Shown here piece by piece: positions 52,969 to 63,485 of a stretch of 64,000 bases of DNA. The first letter of the stretch is position 1. Each line of letters opens with the position of its first letter. The stretch comes from an uncultured Candidatus Rokubacteria bacterium (GTDB lineage: Bacteria > Methylomirabilota > Methylomirabilia > Rokubacteriales > CSP1-6). The notes under the pieces were generated by a model that saw only the letters and a list, made by a program, of their open reading frames with translations, searched no databases and was not told where the DNA came from. The stretch is from the NCBI GenBank assembly GCA_963762145.1, contig CAVXJS010000010.1, positions 224,001 to 288,000 on the forward strand. Reading direction: 5' to 3'. The position numbers and the translations under genes are program-made.

Positions 52969-54347
52969 ATGGCGCGACCGAAACGCGGCGAGATTCTGTC
53001 CATGACGATCGACGACCTCGCCTTCGGAGGCGAAGGCGTCGGCCGCGCCGACGGCTACGTCGTGTTCGTGCCGGGCGGCCTGCCCGGCGATCGCCTGCGG
53101 GTCCGGCTCGTGCAGGCGCGCGCCGCGCTTCGGCCGCGGCGTCATCGAGGCCATCGAGGAGCCCTCGCCGCAGCGCGTGCGACGCGCCGTGCCCATACTT
53201 CGGGCGCTGCGGCGGCTGCCGCCTCCAGCACATGGCCTATCCGGCCCAGCTCGCCTTCAAGGCCAAGCAGGTGGCGGACTGCGCTGGAGCGCCTCGGCGG
53301 CCTCGGCGCGTCGAGCTCCGGCCGATCATCGGCGCGCCCGCGACCTTCGGGTACCGCAACAAGATGGAGTTCACGGTGGCGCGGCGCGCGACGGAGCCGC
53401 TCGTGGTGGGGCTCCACGAGGCCGAGCGCTACGACGCGGTGCTCGACATCGAGCGCTGCCTGCTCCAGTCCGACCGCATGAACGCCCTGCTCGGCGAGGC
53501 GCGCGCGCTTCTTCGTCGAGCGCGGCGCTCACCGTCTACGACCAGGACAGCGGCGAGGGGCTGCTGCGCTTCCTGATGCTGCGCGAGGGCACCGACACCG
53601 GCGAGACTCATGGCCAACGTGGTCACCTCCGCGCCCGCGGTGTCCGAGCTGGCCCCGCTCGCCGCGCGGCTGCAGCGCGCGCGTGCCGGGGACGACCAGC
53701 GTGGTCATGAACGTGAACCCCAAGAAGGCCAGCGTGGCGGTCGGCGTCGAGGAGCACCTGCTGGGCGGCCGCGACCACATCCGCGAGGGCATCGGCGGGC
53801 TCACCTTCCAGGTCTCGGCGAGCTCGTTCTTCCAGACCAATACCCGACAGGCCGAGCGGCTCTTCGAGCTCGTGCTCGAGGCGGCCGGCCTGACCGGGAC
53901 CGAGACGGTCTGCGATCTCTACTCCGGCACGGGCGCGATCAGCCTGCTCCTGGCCCGCCGCGCCGGTGGGTCTACGGCATCGAGGTGGCGCAGGCCGCGG
54001 TGGACGACGCGCGGCGGAACGCGGCGGCCAACGGGATCACCAACTGCACGTTCGTGTGCGGGCGAGGTGCGCTTCGTGCTGCCCGCCCTGATCGCGAAGG
54101 GCGTGACCGCCGAGGTGGTGGTGGCCGATCCGCCGCGCGCGGGGTTCCATCCCAAGGCGCTCGCCGCGCTCGTCGCGCTGGCGCCCGCCGCATCGTCTAC
54201 GTGTCGTGCAACCCCACCACGCTCGCCCGCGACCTGGGCGAGCTGGTGCGCGGCGGCTACCGGCTCGAGTGGGTGCAGCCGGTCGACATGTTCCCGCACA
54301 CCCCGCACATCGAGGCGGTGGCCCGGCTGGAGCGCGTGGGCTCGTGA
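52969..54347 (+). CDS. rlmD: 23S rRNA (uracil-C5)-methyltransferase RlmD/TrmA family (indels)
   Basis: TRAM domain; [48 protein letters not shown] and [10 protein letters not shown] motifs. Confidence 0.92.
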
Positions 54348-55263
54348 AGTCGTACCTGCTGCGCCGCCTCTGGCAGTCGCTGCTGGTCCTCTTCGGCGTC
54401 TCGGTGGTGGTGTTCCTGATCCTGCACCTGACCGGCGATCCCGGCCGCGCTCCTGCTGCCGCCCGACGCGACCGCGGAGGACATCGCGAAGTTCCGCGAC
54501 CGCGATGGGCTTCAACGATCCGGTCGCGGTCCAGTACCTCCGCTTCCTCCGGGGCGCGGTGCGCGGGGACTTCGGCGAGTCGCTGCGCCACGGCGAGCCC
54601 GCGATGGCCCTCGTGGTCGAGCGGCTGCCCGCGACCTTCCAGCTCGCGGGAGCCGGGCTGCTCATCGCGCTGTGCCTGGCCATCCCGGCCGGCATCGTGT
54701 CGGCGGTCCGGCGCAACACCGCGGTGGACTACATCTCGACGGTGGTGGCGCTCCTCGGGCAGGCCATGCCGACCTTCTGGCTCGGGATCATGCTGATCCT
54801 GGTCTTCTCGGTGCGGCTCAACTGGCTGCCCTCCTCGGGGCGCGGCGGCCTCGAGCACCTGGTCCTGCCCGCGATCACCCTCGGCCTCTTCACCACCGCG
54901 CGCATCACGCGGCTGACGCGCTCCGGGATGCTCGAGGTGCTCGGGCAGGACTACATCCGCACCGCGCGCGCCAAGGGCGTCGGCGAGCCGCCGGTGGTGT
55001 GGAAGCACGCGCTCAAGAACGCGTCGATCCCGATCGTCACCATCGTGGGGATCGAGCTCGGCACGCTGCTCGGCGGCTCGGTGATCACCGAGACCATCTT
55101 CGCGTGGCCGGGCGTGGGGCGGCTCTCGGTGCAGGCCATCTTCAACCGCGACTATCCGGTGGTGCAGTCCGCGGTGTTCCTGCTCGCCAGCACCTTCGTG
55201 ATCGTCAACTTCCTGGTGGACGTGGTCTACACCTACCTCGACCCGCGCATCCGGTATCGCTGA
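54344..55263 (+). CDS. ABC transporter permease (DppB/NikB-like; indels near 5' end)
   Basis: [22 protein letters not shown] and LDPRIRY motifs. Confidence 0.9.
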
Positions 55264-56217
55264 TGGCCGCGGTGCCGCCCTCCACGCCGGCCCAGGACGC
55301 GCAGCTCGCCCCCCGCGACGTGGTCGCGCCGCTGGTGCGCCCGGCGCCCCTGGGCCGAGCGCGAGTGGGTGACGCCTGCTGCGGCGGCTGGTGCGGCGCC
55401 GCACCGCGCTGTTCGGCCTGCTCGTCGTGCTGGTGGTGATGCTGGCCGCGGTGGCCGCCCCGCTCGTCGCGCCGTTCGATCCCCTGGAGCAGGACATCGG
55501 CCAGCGCCTGCGGGAGCCGGGCTGGCAGGACGCGCAGGGGCGGGTGCATCCGCTCGGCACCGACCACCTCGGGCGCGACATCCTCTCGCGCATCATCTTC
55601 GGCTCGCGCATCGCGCTGCTGGTGGGCCTGGCCGCGGTCGCTGATCTCGGGCGTGCTCGGGATGATCATCGGGCTCGTGGCCGGCTACTTCGGCGGGCGC
55701 ATGGACGACTTCCTGATGCGCCTGGCCGACGTGCAGCTCGCCTTCCCGTTCATCCTGCTCGCGATCGCGGTCATCGGCGTGCTGGGGCCGAGCCTGCGCA
55801 ACATCATCATCGTCATCGGGGTGTCGTCCTGGGTGGTCTACGCGCGGGTGGTGCGGGGCGAGGTGCTCTCGATCCGCGAGCGCGAGTACGTGCACGCCGC
55901 GGTGGCGCTGGGCAGCCGCGCACTGGCGCGTGCTGGTCACCCACGTGCTGCCGAACACCTTCACGCCGTGGCTGGTGGTGGCCACCCTCGACATGGCGCG
56001 GGTGATCGTGATCGAGTCCGCGCTGTCGTTCCTGGGGCTGGGCGTGCAGCCGCCCACGCCCACCTGGGGCGGCATGCTCGCCGACGGCCGCGTCTACCTC
56101 TCGACCGCGTGGTGGCTCGCGACGTTCCCGGGCCTCGCGATCCTCATCACCGTGCTCGGCATCAACCTCTTCGGCGACGGGCTGCGCGACACGCTCGACC
56201 CGCGCCTCAAGGTCTGA
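55263..56217 (+). CDS. ABC transporter permease (DppC-like; indels)
   Basis: HPLGTDHLGRD, HVLPN, LSFLGLG and GDGLRDTLDP motifs. Confidence 0.9.
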
Positions 56218-56229
56218 CCTCGAGGGCCC

Positions 56230-57426
56230 ATGGACAGCTCTGACACGCTGGTGCTGAGCGGGGCGCGCATCATCGACGGGACGGGGGCCGAGCCGGTGCG
56301 CGGCCGGTCGGTGGTGGTGGAGAAGGGCGTGATCACCGCGGTGGTGGACGACGCGCGGGCGCCGCGCGGCCACGGCATCGACCTGGCCGGCCACACGCTC
56401 CTGCCCGGCCTCATCAACTGCCACGTGCACCTCTGCCTCGGAGCGGAGGCCGATCCGGTCCGGCCGATCCGCGAGGAGCCGCTGGCCCTCACCGCCATCA
56501 AGGCGCTGCTGCGGGCGCGGGAGACGGCGCGCGCCGGGGTGACCACGGTGCGGGACCTCGGGGGCCGCGAGTACGTGGAGATCGCGGCGCGGCGGGCCAT
56601 CCAGGAGGGCCTCATCGACGGGCCGCGCATCCTGGCCGCGGGCCGCCCGGTGTGCATGACCGGCGGGCACGGGCACTGGCTCGGCCGCGAGGCCGACGGG
56701 CCCGACGACGCGCGCAAGGCGGTGCGCGAGCAGCTCAAGGCGGGCGCCGACGTGATCAAGATCATCGCCACCGGCGGGGTCATGACCCCGGGGGTGGAGC
56801 CCGGCTCCCCCCAGATGACGCTCGAGGAGATGCGCGCGGCCATCGAGGAGGCGCGCAAGGCCGGCCGCCGCACCGCGGCCCACGCGATGGCCGCGACCGG
56901 GATCAGCGAGGCGATCGACGCGGGGATCACCTCGATCGAGCACGGGGTCGTTCCTCACCGAGGCGATCGTGGCCCACATGCGCCGCGACGGGACCTTCCT
57001 GGTCCCGACCCTGAACGCGCCCGCCGCCATCGCGTCGGGTGGCGTCGCGGCGGGGATTCCCGCGTTCATGGTGCGCAAGTCCGAGGAGGTCCTGTCCGCC
57101 GCACGTGGCGAGCTTCCAGCTCGCGCATCGCGCCGGCGTGCGGATCGCGGCGGGCGCCGACTCGGGCACGCCGCTCAACTTCCACGGCTCGCTGCTGCCC
57201 GAGCTCACGCTGATGGTGAAGTACGGCATGACGCCGCTCGAGGCGATCCGGTCCGCCACCGTCACCGCGGCCGAGTGCCTCGGGCTGGGCGAGGTGACCG
57301 GCCGCGTGGCCCCCGGCTACGCGGCGGATCTGATCGCGGTGGCGGGGGATCCCGGCCGAGCGGATCGAGGCCCTCGCGGATCTGAAGACCGTGCTCGTGA
57401 ACGGCCGCGTCATCCCGACCGCGTAG
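56230..57426 (+). CDS. Metal-dependent amidohydrolase (prolidase-like; indels)
   Basis: PGLINCHVH, GVTTVRDLG, TGGHG, AAHA, SIEHG and AGADSG motifs. Confidence 0.88.
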
Positions 57427-57438
57427 GCGACGCGGCGC

Positions 57439-58908
57439 TCAGCCGCCCGGCGCGGCGAGCAGCCCGAGGCGGTCCGCCGCCGCGAGGAGGGCCAGCGCGG
57501 CGAACCCCAGCCCGCCCCCGATCACCACGATCTCGCGCCAGAGCGGCGCCCGCAGCGCCTCCGGCAGCAGCGCGCGATTGAGGCGCAGGGTGTGGAAGGA
57601 CAGCACCGCGAAGTTCAGCGCCGCGACGTTCGCGCCGATCACGATGACGGTGAGCGGGTCGCCCGCCGTCATCGCGATGCCCCCCGCAAGCACGAAGAGC
57701 GCGAGGACCGGGTAGTAGACCCAGCCCGCCCCCGCGCTCGCCGGTCGCACGCCGGCCGTCCACAGCATCTCGGTCACGTTGCGCGCGAAGCCCTCCACGA
57801 TGCCGACCTGGGTCGAGAAGAAGATCCAGAGCGTGGTCAGGAGCGCGGGGACCCAGAGCAGGGGCCAGTAGCGCCGGGCGAGCTCGCGCGCGAAGATCGC
57901 GCCCGCCCCGAAGCCGCCCGTGTCGGTGCCCGGCGGGATCGCGTCGAGGGCGAGCAGCACCGGCAGCCCCATGCCGATCAGGCAGCCGGCCGTCCACAGG
58001 TACGAGAGGTCCGCCCGGAGGTAGCGCCACCACTCGCGCCACTTGGCGAGGTTCGCCTCGCTGGGCGGGAAGATCGCTCCCTCGCGCGGCAGCAGGATCG
58101 TCCGATCCCCCACCGGGGTCGGCTGCGCCCCCACGGTGCCCGCCATGCCGAAGCCCTTGTCGCGCAGCCAGTAGGTGAGCATGGCGTTGATCGTGCCGCC
58201 CGCGCCGGAATAGGCCGCGAAGGCGGTGACGAGCGCCCAGTCGGGCGTGGCGGGAGGGAAGCTCGAGGGGATCCAGCCCGGCTCCCACAGCGGCCGGCCC
58301 GCGAAGCTCCACGCGAGCACGGTCCAGGCCCGCCCGGGCACGAACCGGACGGCCAGCCCGACGAGGAGGCCGAGCATCCACGCCATCATGATCCACTCGG
58401 TGATCTCGAGCGCCCGATGGGCGCGCCGCCCGAGGAGCAGGAAGCCGACCGCGCCGAGGAAGATCAGGTAGCCGAGGCCGACCACCACCTCGCGGTCCTC
58501 CGCGCGCGGCACGCGGCCGAGCAGGAGCGCGGCCAGCGCGGAGCCTCCCGCGAGCGCCCAGCCCGGCCAGCCCACCTGGGCCAGGTGCAGCAGCGAGTAG
58601 CCGGTGGCCCAGAATCGCGCCCCCGGCCGCTGGCGCATGAAGCCCGTGAAGACGGGCTCCCCGGTGGCGAGGGTGTAGCGGGCCATCTCCGCGTTGAGCA
58701 CGCCCTGGAAGAGGATCGACAGCGTGCAGATCCAGAGCAGGGTGGGGCCGTAGGCGGTCGCGACGGCGGGGCCGAGCAGCCAGTCGCCCGCACCCAGCGA
58801 GACCCCGAGCAGGATCGCGCCCGGCCCGATGACCCGGACCAGATTGACGAGCGTGTAGGCGGGCGCGTGCGGGAGGTCGCCCTGCCGCCACGCGGGCAGA
58901 TCGCTCAC
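57439..58908 (-). CDS. Nramp-family (YcsG-like) transporter
   Basis: IGPGAILLGVSLGAGDWL and RYTLATGEP motifs, about 11 TM helices. GTG at 58908 overlaps the VanZ stop. Confidence 0.8.
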   Translation of the reverse strand: MSDLPAWRQGDLPHAPAYTLVNLVRVIGPGAILLGVSLGAGDWLLGPAVATAYGPTLLWICTLSILFQGVLNAEMARYTLATGEPVFTGFMRQRPGARFWATGYSLLHLAQVGWPGWALAGGSALAALLLGRVPRAEDREVVVGLGYLIFLGAVGFLLLGRRAHRALEITEWIMMAWMLGLLVGLAVRFVPGRAWTVLAWSFAGRPLWEPGWIPSSFPPATPDWALVTAFAAYSGAGGTINAMLTYWLRDKGFGMAGTVGAQPTPVGDRTILLPREGAIFPPSEANLAKWREWWRYLRADLSYLWTAGCLIGMGLPVLLALDAIPPGTDTGGFGAGAIFARELARRYWPLLWVPALLTTLWIFFSTQVGIVEGFARNVTEMLWTAGVRPASAGAGWVYYPVLALFVLAGGIAMTAGDPLTVIVIGANVAALNFAVLSFHTLRLNRALLPEALRAPLWREIVVIGGGLGFAALALLAAADRLGLLAAPGG

Positions 58909-59483
58909 GCGCGGACGCGCCTCCGCCGCCAGATCCAGAGGGCGAGCCACGCGGCGGGAACGCTCAGCCAGAGCCAGCCCGCCGGCGCGGCGGCGGCCAC
59001 GTCGATCGCGAGCATCACGGTGCCGCCGGCGGCGGCGGCCCAGAGGAGGAGCCGCGCGAGCCCGTCGGCGGCGCGGCGCGGGCCCAGCGTGGCCACCAGG
59101 AGAGCGCCGGCGGCCGCGCTGCCGTCGAGCAGCACGTCCACGAGGCGGCCCTCACGGGTGGGAGTCAGCGCCTGGCGTATCTCGTCGAGGCCGGCGGTCA
59201 ACATCGCGAGGGCGAGCGGCCATCGCCAGGGCGCGGGCCCGCCGGGGCCGGCCAGGGCGCGGCGCCAGAGCAGGGCGAGCACCGCGTACTCGACGACGTG
59301 ACCGGTCTTCCGCAGGAGCCAGTGGGCTCCCGCGATCTGCTCGAGGGTCGCCCAGGGCATCAGCGCGCGCAGCCAGGGCTCGATGAGCGGCGCCGTGGCG
59401 CCCCCGTGATAGCGGGCGCCCGAGAACCACGCGATCACCACCGACCACGCGAGCGGCGGCAGGAATCGGAGCGCCGTCGTCAC
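58905..59483 (-). CDS. VanZ family protein
   Basis: RKTGHVVEYAVL, DEIRQ..PTREG and DVLLD motifs. Confidence 0.85.
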   Translation of the reverse strand: MTTALRFLPPLAWSVVIAWFSGARYHGGATAPLIEPWLRALMPWATLEQIAGAHWLLRKTGHVVEYAVLALLWRRALAGPGGPAPWRWPLALAMLTAGLDEIRQALTPTREGRLVDVLLDGSAAAGALLVATLGPRRAADGLARLLLWAAAAGGTVMLAIDVAAAAPAGWLWLSVPAAWLALWIWRRRRVRA

Positions 59484-59530
59484 GACGATCTAGCGTGGCA
59501 CAGGGGGCCCGGGATTGACAACGGGCCGGC

Positions 59531-60592
59531 TCAGAAGAACGCCCGCTCCACGAAGAGGACCGCGCCGACGACGAGAATCGCCAGCGAGGCGCTCCGGATC
59601 AGGCGGGGCTCCCATCCGGTTCTCCGGAGCAGCGCCAGCAGGGGAAGGGCCACCGCCAGGACCAGCGCCTGTCCGAGCTCGACCCCGGCGTTGAACCCGA
59701 CGAGCGACAGCACGAGGCCCCGCGTGGGCAGACCGATCTCACGGAGGACGGACGAGAACCCGAAGCCGTGCACCAGCCCGAAGACGAAGCTGACGAGCCA
59801 CCGGCGGGAGAGCACCGGATGCGGGAAGAGGTTCTCGGCCGCCACCACCGCGATCGAGAGGGCGATGACCGCTTCCACGAGGCGGTCCGGCAGCGCCACG
59901 ATGTCGAGCGCGGCGAGCGTGAGGGTGAGGCTGTGGGCCAGGGTGAAGGCGGTGATGATCTTGACGAGCGAGAGCCAGCCCCCGCCGCGCAGCATGAGCG
60001 CCAGGAGGAAGAGCAGGTGGTCCCAGCCGGTCAGGATGTGCTCGACCCCGAGCACCACGAAGCTGGCGGCGCCGGGGCGCCGCTCGTCGAGGCTCACCCG
60101 GGCCTCGCGCGCCTCGGTGCCGAACGCGAACTGGCTGGTCACGCCGGCCGCGTCGATGCGGGCCAGCGTGTGGTAATCGGCGCCCAGCGCGTCCGGAAGA
60201 TCGTCCCGGATCTGGAGGTCGCGCACCACGAGGCCGCACGCGTAGTCCACCACCAGGATCAGGCTCTCGGCGGGCGGCGCCGGATCGGCCAGCGACCCCG
60301 GGCCGGGTTCGCATCGTCGTCCCTGCGCGACGAGCGCCACCTTGTCGCGGACCACGCCGAGGAGCCGGCTGCGCTCCGGGCCGGGCGCGGCGCGCGCGAG
60401 CCCCCACGTCTCGATCATCTCGGGGGGCACGCTCGCCGGCCACAGGGTCAGCGAGTAACGGACGCGCTCGCCGTCGATCGCGATCGCGGCGTAGCCGTTG
60501 CGCCCGCCGGTGTGGGCCGAGACGCTCGCGGCGGCCGCCGCGAGGACCGCGAGGACCGCGAGGCCCGCCAGGGCCGTCCACGCGGCCCTCAT
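59531..60592 (-). CDS. HupE/UreJ family protein with N-terminal periplasmic domain
   Basis: Signal peptide ending SVSA|H; GVEHILTGWDHLLF, FTLAHSLTL and FGLVHGFGF motifs. Confidence 0.88.
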   Translation of the reverse strand: MRAAWTALAGLAVLAVLAAAAASVSAHTGGRNGYAAIAIDGERVRYSLTLWPASVPPEMIETWGLARAAPGPERSRLLGVVRDKVALVAQGRRCEPGPGSLADPAPPAESLILVVDYACGLVVRDLQIRDDLPDALGADYHTLARIDAAGVTSQFAFGTEAREARVSLDERRPGAASFVVLGVEHILTGWDHLLFLLALMLRGGGWLSLVKIITAFTLAHSLTLTLAALDIVALPDRLVEAVIALSIAVVAAENLFPHPVLSRRWLVSFVFGLVHGFGFSSVLREIGLPTRGLVLSLVGFNAGVELGQALVLAVALPLLALLRRTGWEPRLIRSASLAILVVGAVLFVERAFF

Positions 60593-61204
60593 CAGCGCGG
60601 CGGCCCGGTCGCCCGCGACGGCTCCGGCGCCGCGGCCATCGTCCGGATCAGCTCCCGTAGATTGTCGATCTGATACGCGGGGATCGTCACCACCACCGGA
60701 TGCCCCACCGCGCGTCACGTAGCGGCTGACCGTGTCGGGAGCCACGTGGCCCACCGCGTACTGCACGAGCGGCTGCGCCTGCCCCGGCCGGTACACGAGG
60801 ATGACGAGCTCCGGCGAGGCGACCCCGTAAACGGCGCCGTCCTTGCCCAGCGGGAAGTCCCGCTCGGCGCGCGCCCGGTCGAGCGCGGCGAGGGCCCGCG
60901 CGATCCGCTCCGCGCGCGCCGGATCGGGATCGTGGGTGTGGGCGCTCTCGGCGGCGTCGTGGGCGCCGTGATAGAACCACGCGCCCGCTGCGTCGCGCTC
61001 GAACCGGTGGACCCGCCCGGCGTCGGCGATCTCGATCGCCCCGACCTCGCTCAGCGGGACGGGCAGCAGGCGGCGGGGGTCGGCGGGACCGGCTCCTCCC
61101 GACGTCGCGCGGAGATGGTCCGCCCATTCCAGCGCCCCGATTCCCACCGTCAGGGCCCCCAGTAGCAGCCAGACGACGGTGAGCCCGCGGCGCCGCGGGC
61201 TCAA
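60592..61204 (-). CDS. DUF4340-like protein with His-rich insert (frameshift near 60710)
   Basis: N-terminal TM helix; YGVASP, VGHVAPDTVSRYV and VVTIPAYQIDNL; follows the GldG-like gene. Confidence 0.65.
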
Positions 61205-62790
61205 TGCTGCTTCCACCACACCGCGGTGCCGACCATCGCGAGCAGGGCGGGCACGAGCAGCACCGCGACGAAGAACGTGGCCTTCATCTGTCGGTTGGTG
61301 AGGTTGATGCGCGGCAGGTCCGCGCTCCGGGGCTGCAGGCCGATCAGGTTTTCCTGCGCGCCCAGGAAGTTGACCGCGTTCAGGAACAGCGCGCCGTTGC
61401 CCATGATGTGGAAGAAGGAGTTGGTGGCGAAGTCCGAGTCGCCCACCACCGCGATCCGGGAGCGCGGGCCCTCGGGCGCGGGCCCATCGCCGGTGGCGAC
61501 CGGCCGGCGCAGCGCGACCGCCATCAGCGTGTTCGGGCCCGGCACGTCGCGGCCCTTGACGAAGCCCACGCGATCCGGGCTGGCTTGCCCCCAGCTGTTC
61601 TTCGACGAGTTCAGTAGCGGGACCACCGAGGTGCCGGGGACGCGCTGCGGGGTGGGGGAGACCGAGCGCGCGCCCGGGAAGAAGGTGAGCGGCAGGTCGC
61701 GGGTGATCTGGTGCCGGTTGTAGTCGCTGACCGCCGGGGAGGAAACGTCGGCCCAGAAGTGGCTCGCCTCGTCGATGACGATGTCGTCGTCAACCACGAT
61801 GCCGTATTCGCGGATCACCGGCTCGAGACCGGTGGAGACGAACGGGTCGAGCAGGAAGAGGGCGTTGCCACCCGCGACGAGGTAGGCCCGGATCGCCTCC
61901 ACCTCCGCCGGAAGCAGCGGCACCTTGGGCCCCGCCACCACCAGCACCCCGCACCCGGCCAGCCCGTTCGCCTGCTGCAACAGCGAGACCTTCTCCGCCT
62001 TGTAGTTCAGGGTCTCCAGCGCGTGGCGCGCCTTGCCGAGGCCGTGACGCTCGTGCAGCACGTACTTGGCGCCCAGCCCGTGCGAGTGGCCGGGCGCGCC
62101 CTCGAGATGGTCGTGGGCCTCGAGACTGAAGGGATCCGCCTCCCGGTGGCCGTCGAGGAAGCACACCCGCTGGGTCGCGCTCTGGGACACGCGCAGGATC
62201 CCGTTGGCGATGTCGGTCTCGCTGCCGCCGTTGACCTGGAGCGTGCGCCCCTCGCTCTCCATGACCGCGGTGCCCGCGAAGTTGACGCCGAGCATGCGCG
62301 CCTGGGCCGGGTTGATCATCGGATCGTAGAACTCGACCGCGATCCGCGGACTCTGCGCGGCGATCAGCTGATAGAGCTCGACGGTGTCGCGCATCATCGG
62401 ATCGTGGAAGAACACGATGCGCACCGGCCGATCGAGCCGCTTGAGCATGGTGGCGGTGGGTTCGGAGAGCGAGTACGCCCCGGTGGTGGAGAGGTCGAAC
62501 CGGAACGGATAGCGTACCGAAAGATAGGCGATCGCGACCAGGATACCGACGATCCCCAGCGCGAAGAGCGCGATCTCGGCCCGTCGGCGATGGGCGAGGG
62601 CGGCGAGCCGGTGCCTCAGCCCGAACGCGCCGATCGCCGCGAGCAGGGCCCCGGCGCCCGCGAGGACCCACGTGGCGGTGACGGTCTCGAGGAGGATCGC
62701 GTGCACCACGAGGGCGGCCGCGAGCAGCGCGATCCCCGCGAGGAGGATCAGCCCCGAGCGGATCGAGCGGTCCCGCCCTAGCGTCGCCAC
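61201..62790 (-). CDS. GldG-like ABC-type auxiliary component with His-rich insert
   Basis: RFDLSTTGAYSLS, FLDGHRE, VVAGP, RIAVVGDSDF and NAVNFL motifs; C-terminal TM helix. Confidence 0.85.
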   Translation of the reverse strand: MATLGRDRSIRSGLILLAGIALLAAALVVHAILLETVTATWVLAGAGALLAAIGAFGLRHRLAALAHRRRAEIALFALGIVGILVAIAYLSVRYPFRFDLSTTGAYSLSEPTATMLKRLDRPVRIVFFHDPMMRDTVELYQLIAAQSPRIAVEFYDPMINPAQARMLGVNFAGTAVMESEGRTLQVNGGSETDIANGILRVSQSATQRVCFLDGHREADPFSLEAHDHLEGAPGHSHGLGAKYVLHERHGLGKARHALETLNYKAEKVSLLQQANGLAGCGVLVVAGPKVPLLPAEVEAIRAYLVAGGNALFLLDPFVSTGLEPVIREYGIVVDDDIVIDEASHFWADVSSPAVSDYNRHQITRDLPLTFFPGARSVSPTPQRVPGTSVVPLLNSSKNSWGQASPDRVGFVKGRDVPGPNTLMAVALRRPVATGDGPAPEGPRSRIAVVGDSDFATNSFFHIMGNGALFLNAVNFLGAQENLIGLQPRSADLPRINLTNRQMKATFFVAVLLVPALLAMVGTAVWWKQH

Positions 62791-63485
62791 TGGAGATACG
62801 CCACGCTGAGAGTCAGCGCGATCGCGGAGACGATCATGTAGAACACCACCGCCTCGGTGCGCACGAGGCCCTGGATGAACTCGGTGAAGTGGCGGGAGAA
62901 CGACAGGTAACCGACGAGCGCGCGCATGCCCGGCGAGGCCTGAAAGGACTGGAGGTGTCCCACGAACCAGAAGGCGAGGAGCACCGCGGCGGAGAGCAGG
63001 GCGGCCACGATCTGGTTGTGGGTCACGGTCGAGAAGAGCTGGCCGACGGCGAGGCACGCCAGGCCGAGCAGCACGAACCCGAGGTAGCCGGACAGGATCG
63101 TGGTGGTCTCGGGCGTGCCGAAGAGGTAGAGCGGGATCAGGTCGACCGTGGTGCCCGCGGTGATCAGCAGGAGGATGGTGGCCGCGCCCAGGAACTTCCC
63201 GACGACGATCTGCCACGGGGAGAGCGGCAGCGTGAAGAGCAGCTCCGCGGTGCCCGCGTTGTACTCGGCGGCGAGCAGCCGCATCGAGATCACCGGGGCC
63301 AGGGTCGTCAGGAGGATGCCCATGTTCTGGAACGTCCCCGCCATCGCGGTCTCGCCGCTCAGGAAGATGTTGTAGAGGAAGAAGTAGCCGCTGCCGAGCA
63401 GGAATACCGCGACCACGTAGTAGGCGATCGGCGACCGGAAGTAGGTCGCCATCTCCTTGCGGTAGACCGCCAGGGTTCCGCTCAC
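62778..63485 (-). CDS. GldF-like ABC-2 permease
   Basis: KEMATYFRSPIAY, SMRLLAAE..GTAELLFTLP and VVGKF motifs. Confidence 0.88.
   Translation of the reverse strand: MSGTLAVYRKEMATYFRSPIAYYVVAVFLLGSGYFFLYNIFLSGETAMAGTFQNMGILLTTLAPVISMRLLAAEYNAGTAELLFTLPLSPWQIVVGKFLGAATILLLITAGTTVDLIPLYLFGTPETTTILSGYLGFVLLGLACLAVGQLFSTVTHNQIVAALLSAAVLLAFWFVGHLQSFQASPGMRALVGYLSFSRHFTEFIQGLVRTEAVVFYMIVSAIALTLSVAYLQWRR

Noticed and set aside
47759-57426. Pseudogenisation or programmed frameshifting of housekeeping genes
   Set aside because: Indels are numerous, irregular, lack slippery-site consensus and hit essential genes; sequencing error is more parsimonious.
59531-61219. DUF4340-HupE fusion (562-aa ORF)
   Set aside because: A frameshift near 60710 explains it: the alternative frame ends at a TGA (60592) overlapping the HupE ATG, which is followed by a signal peptide.
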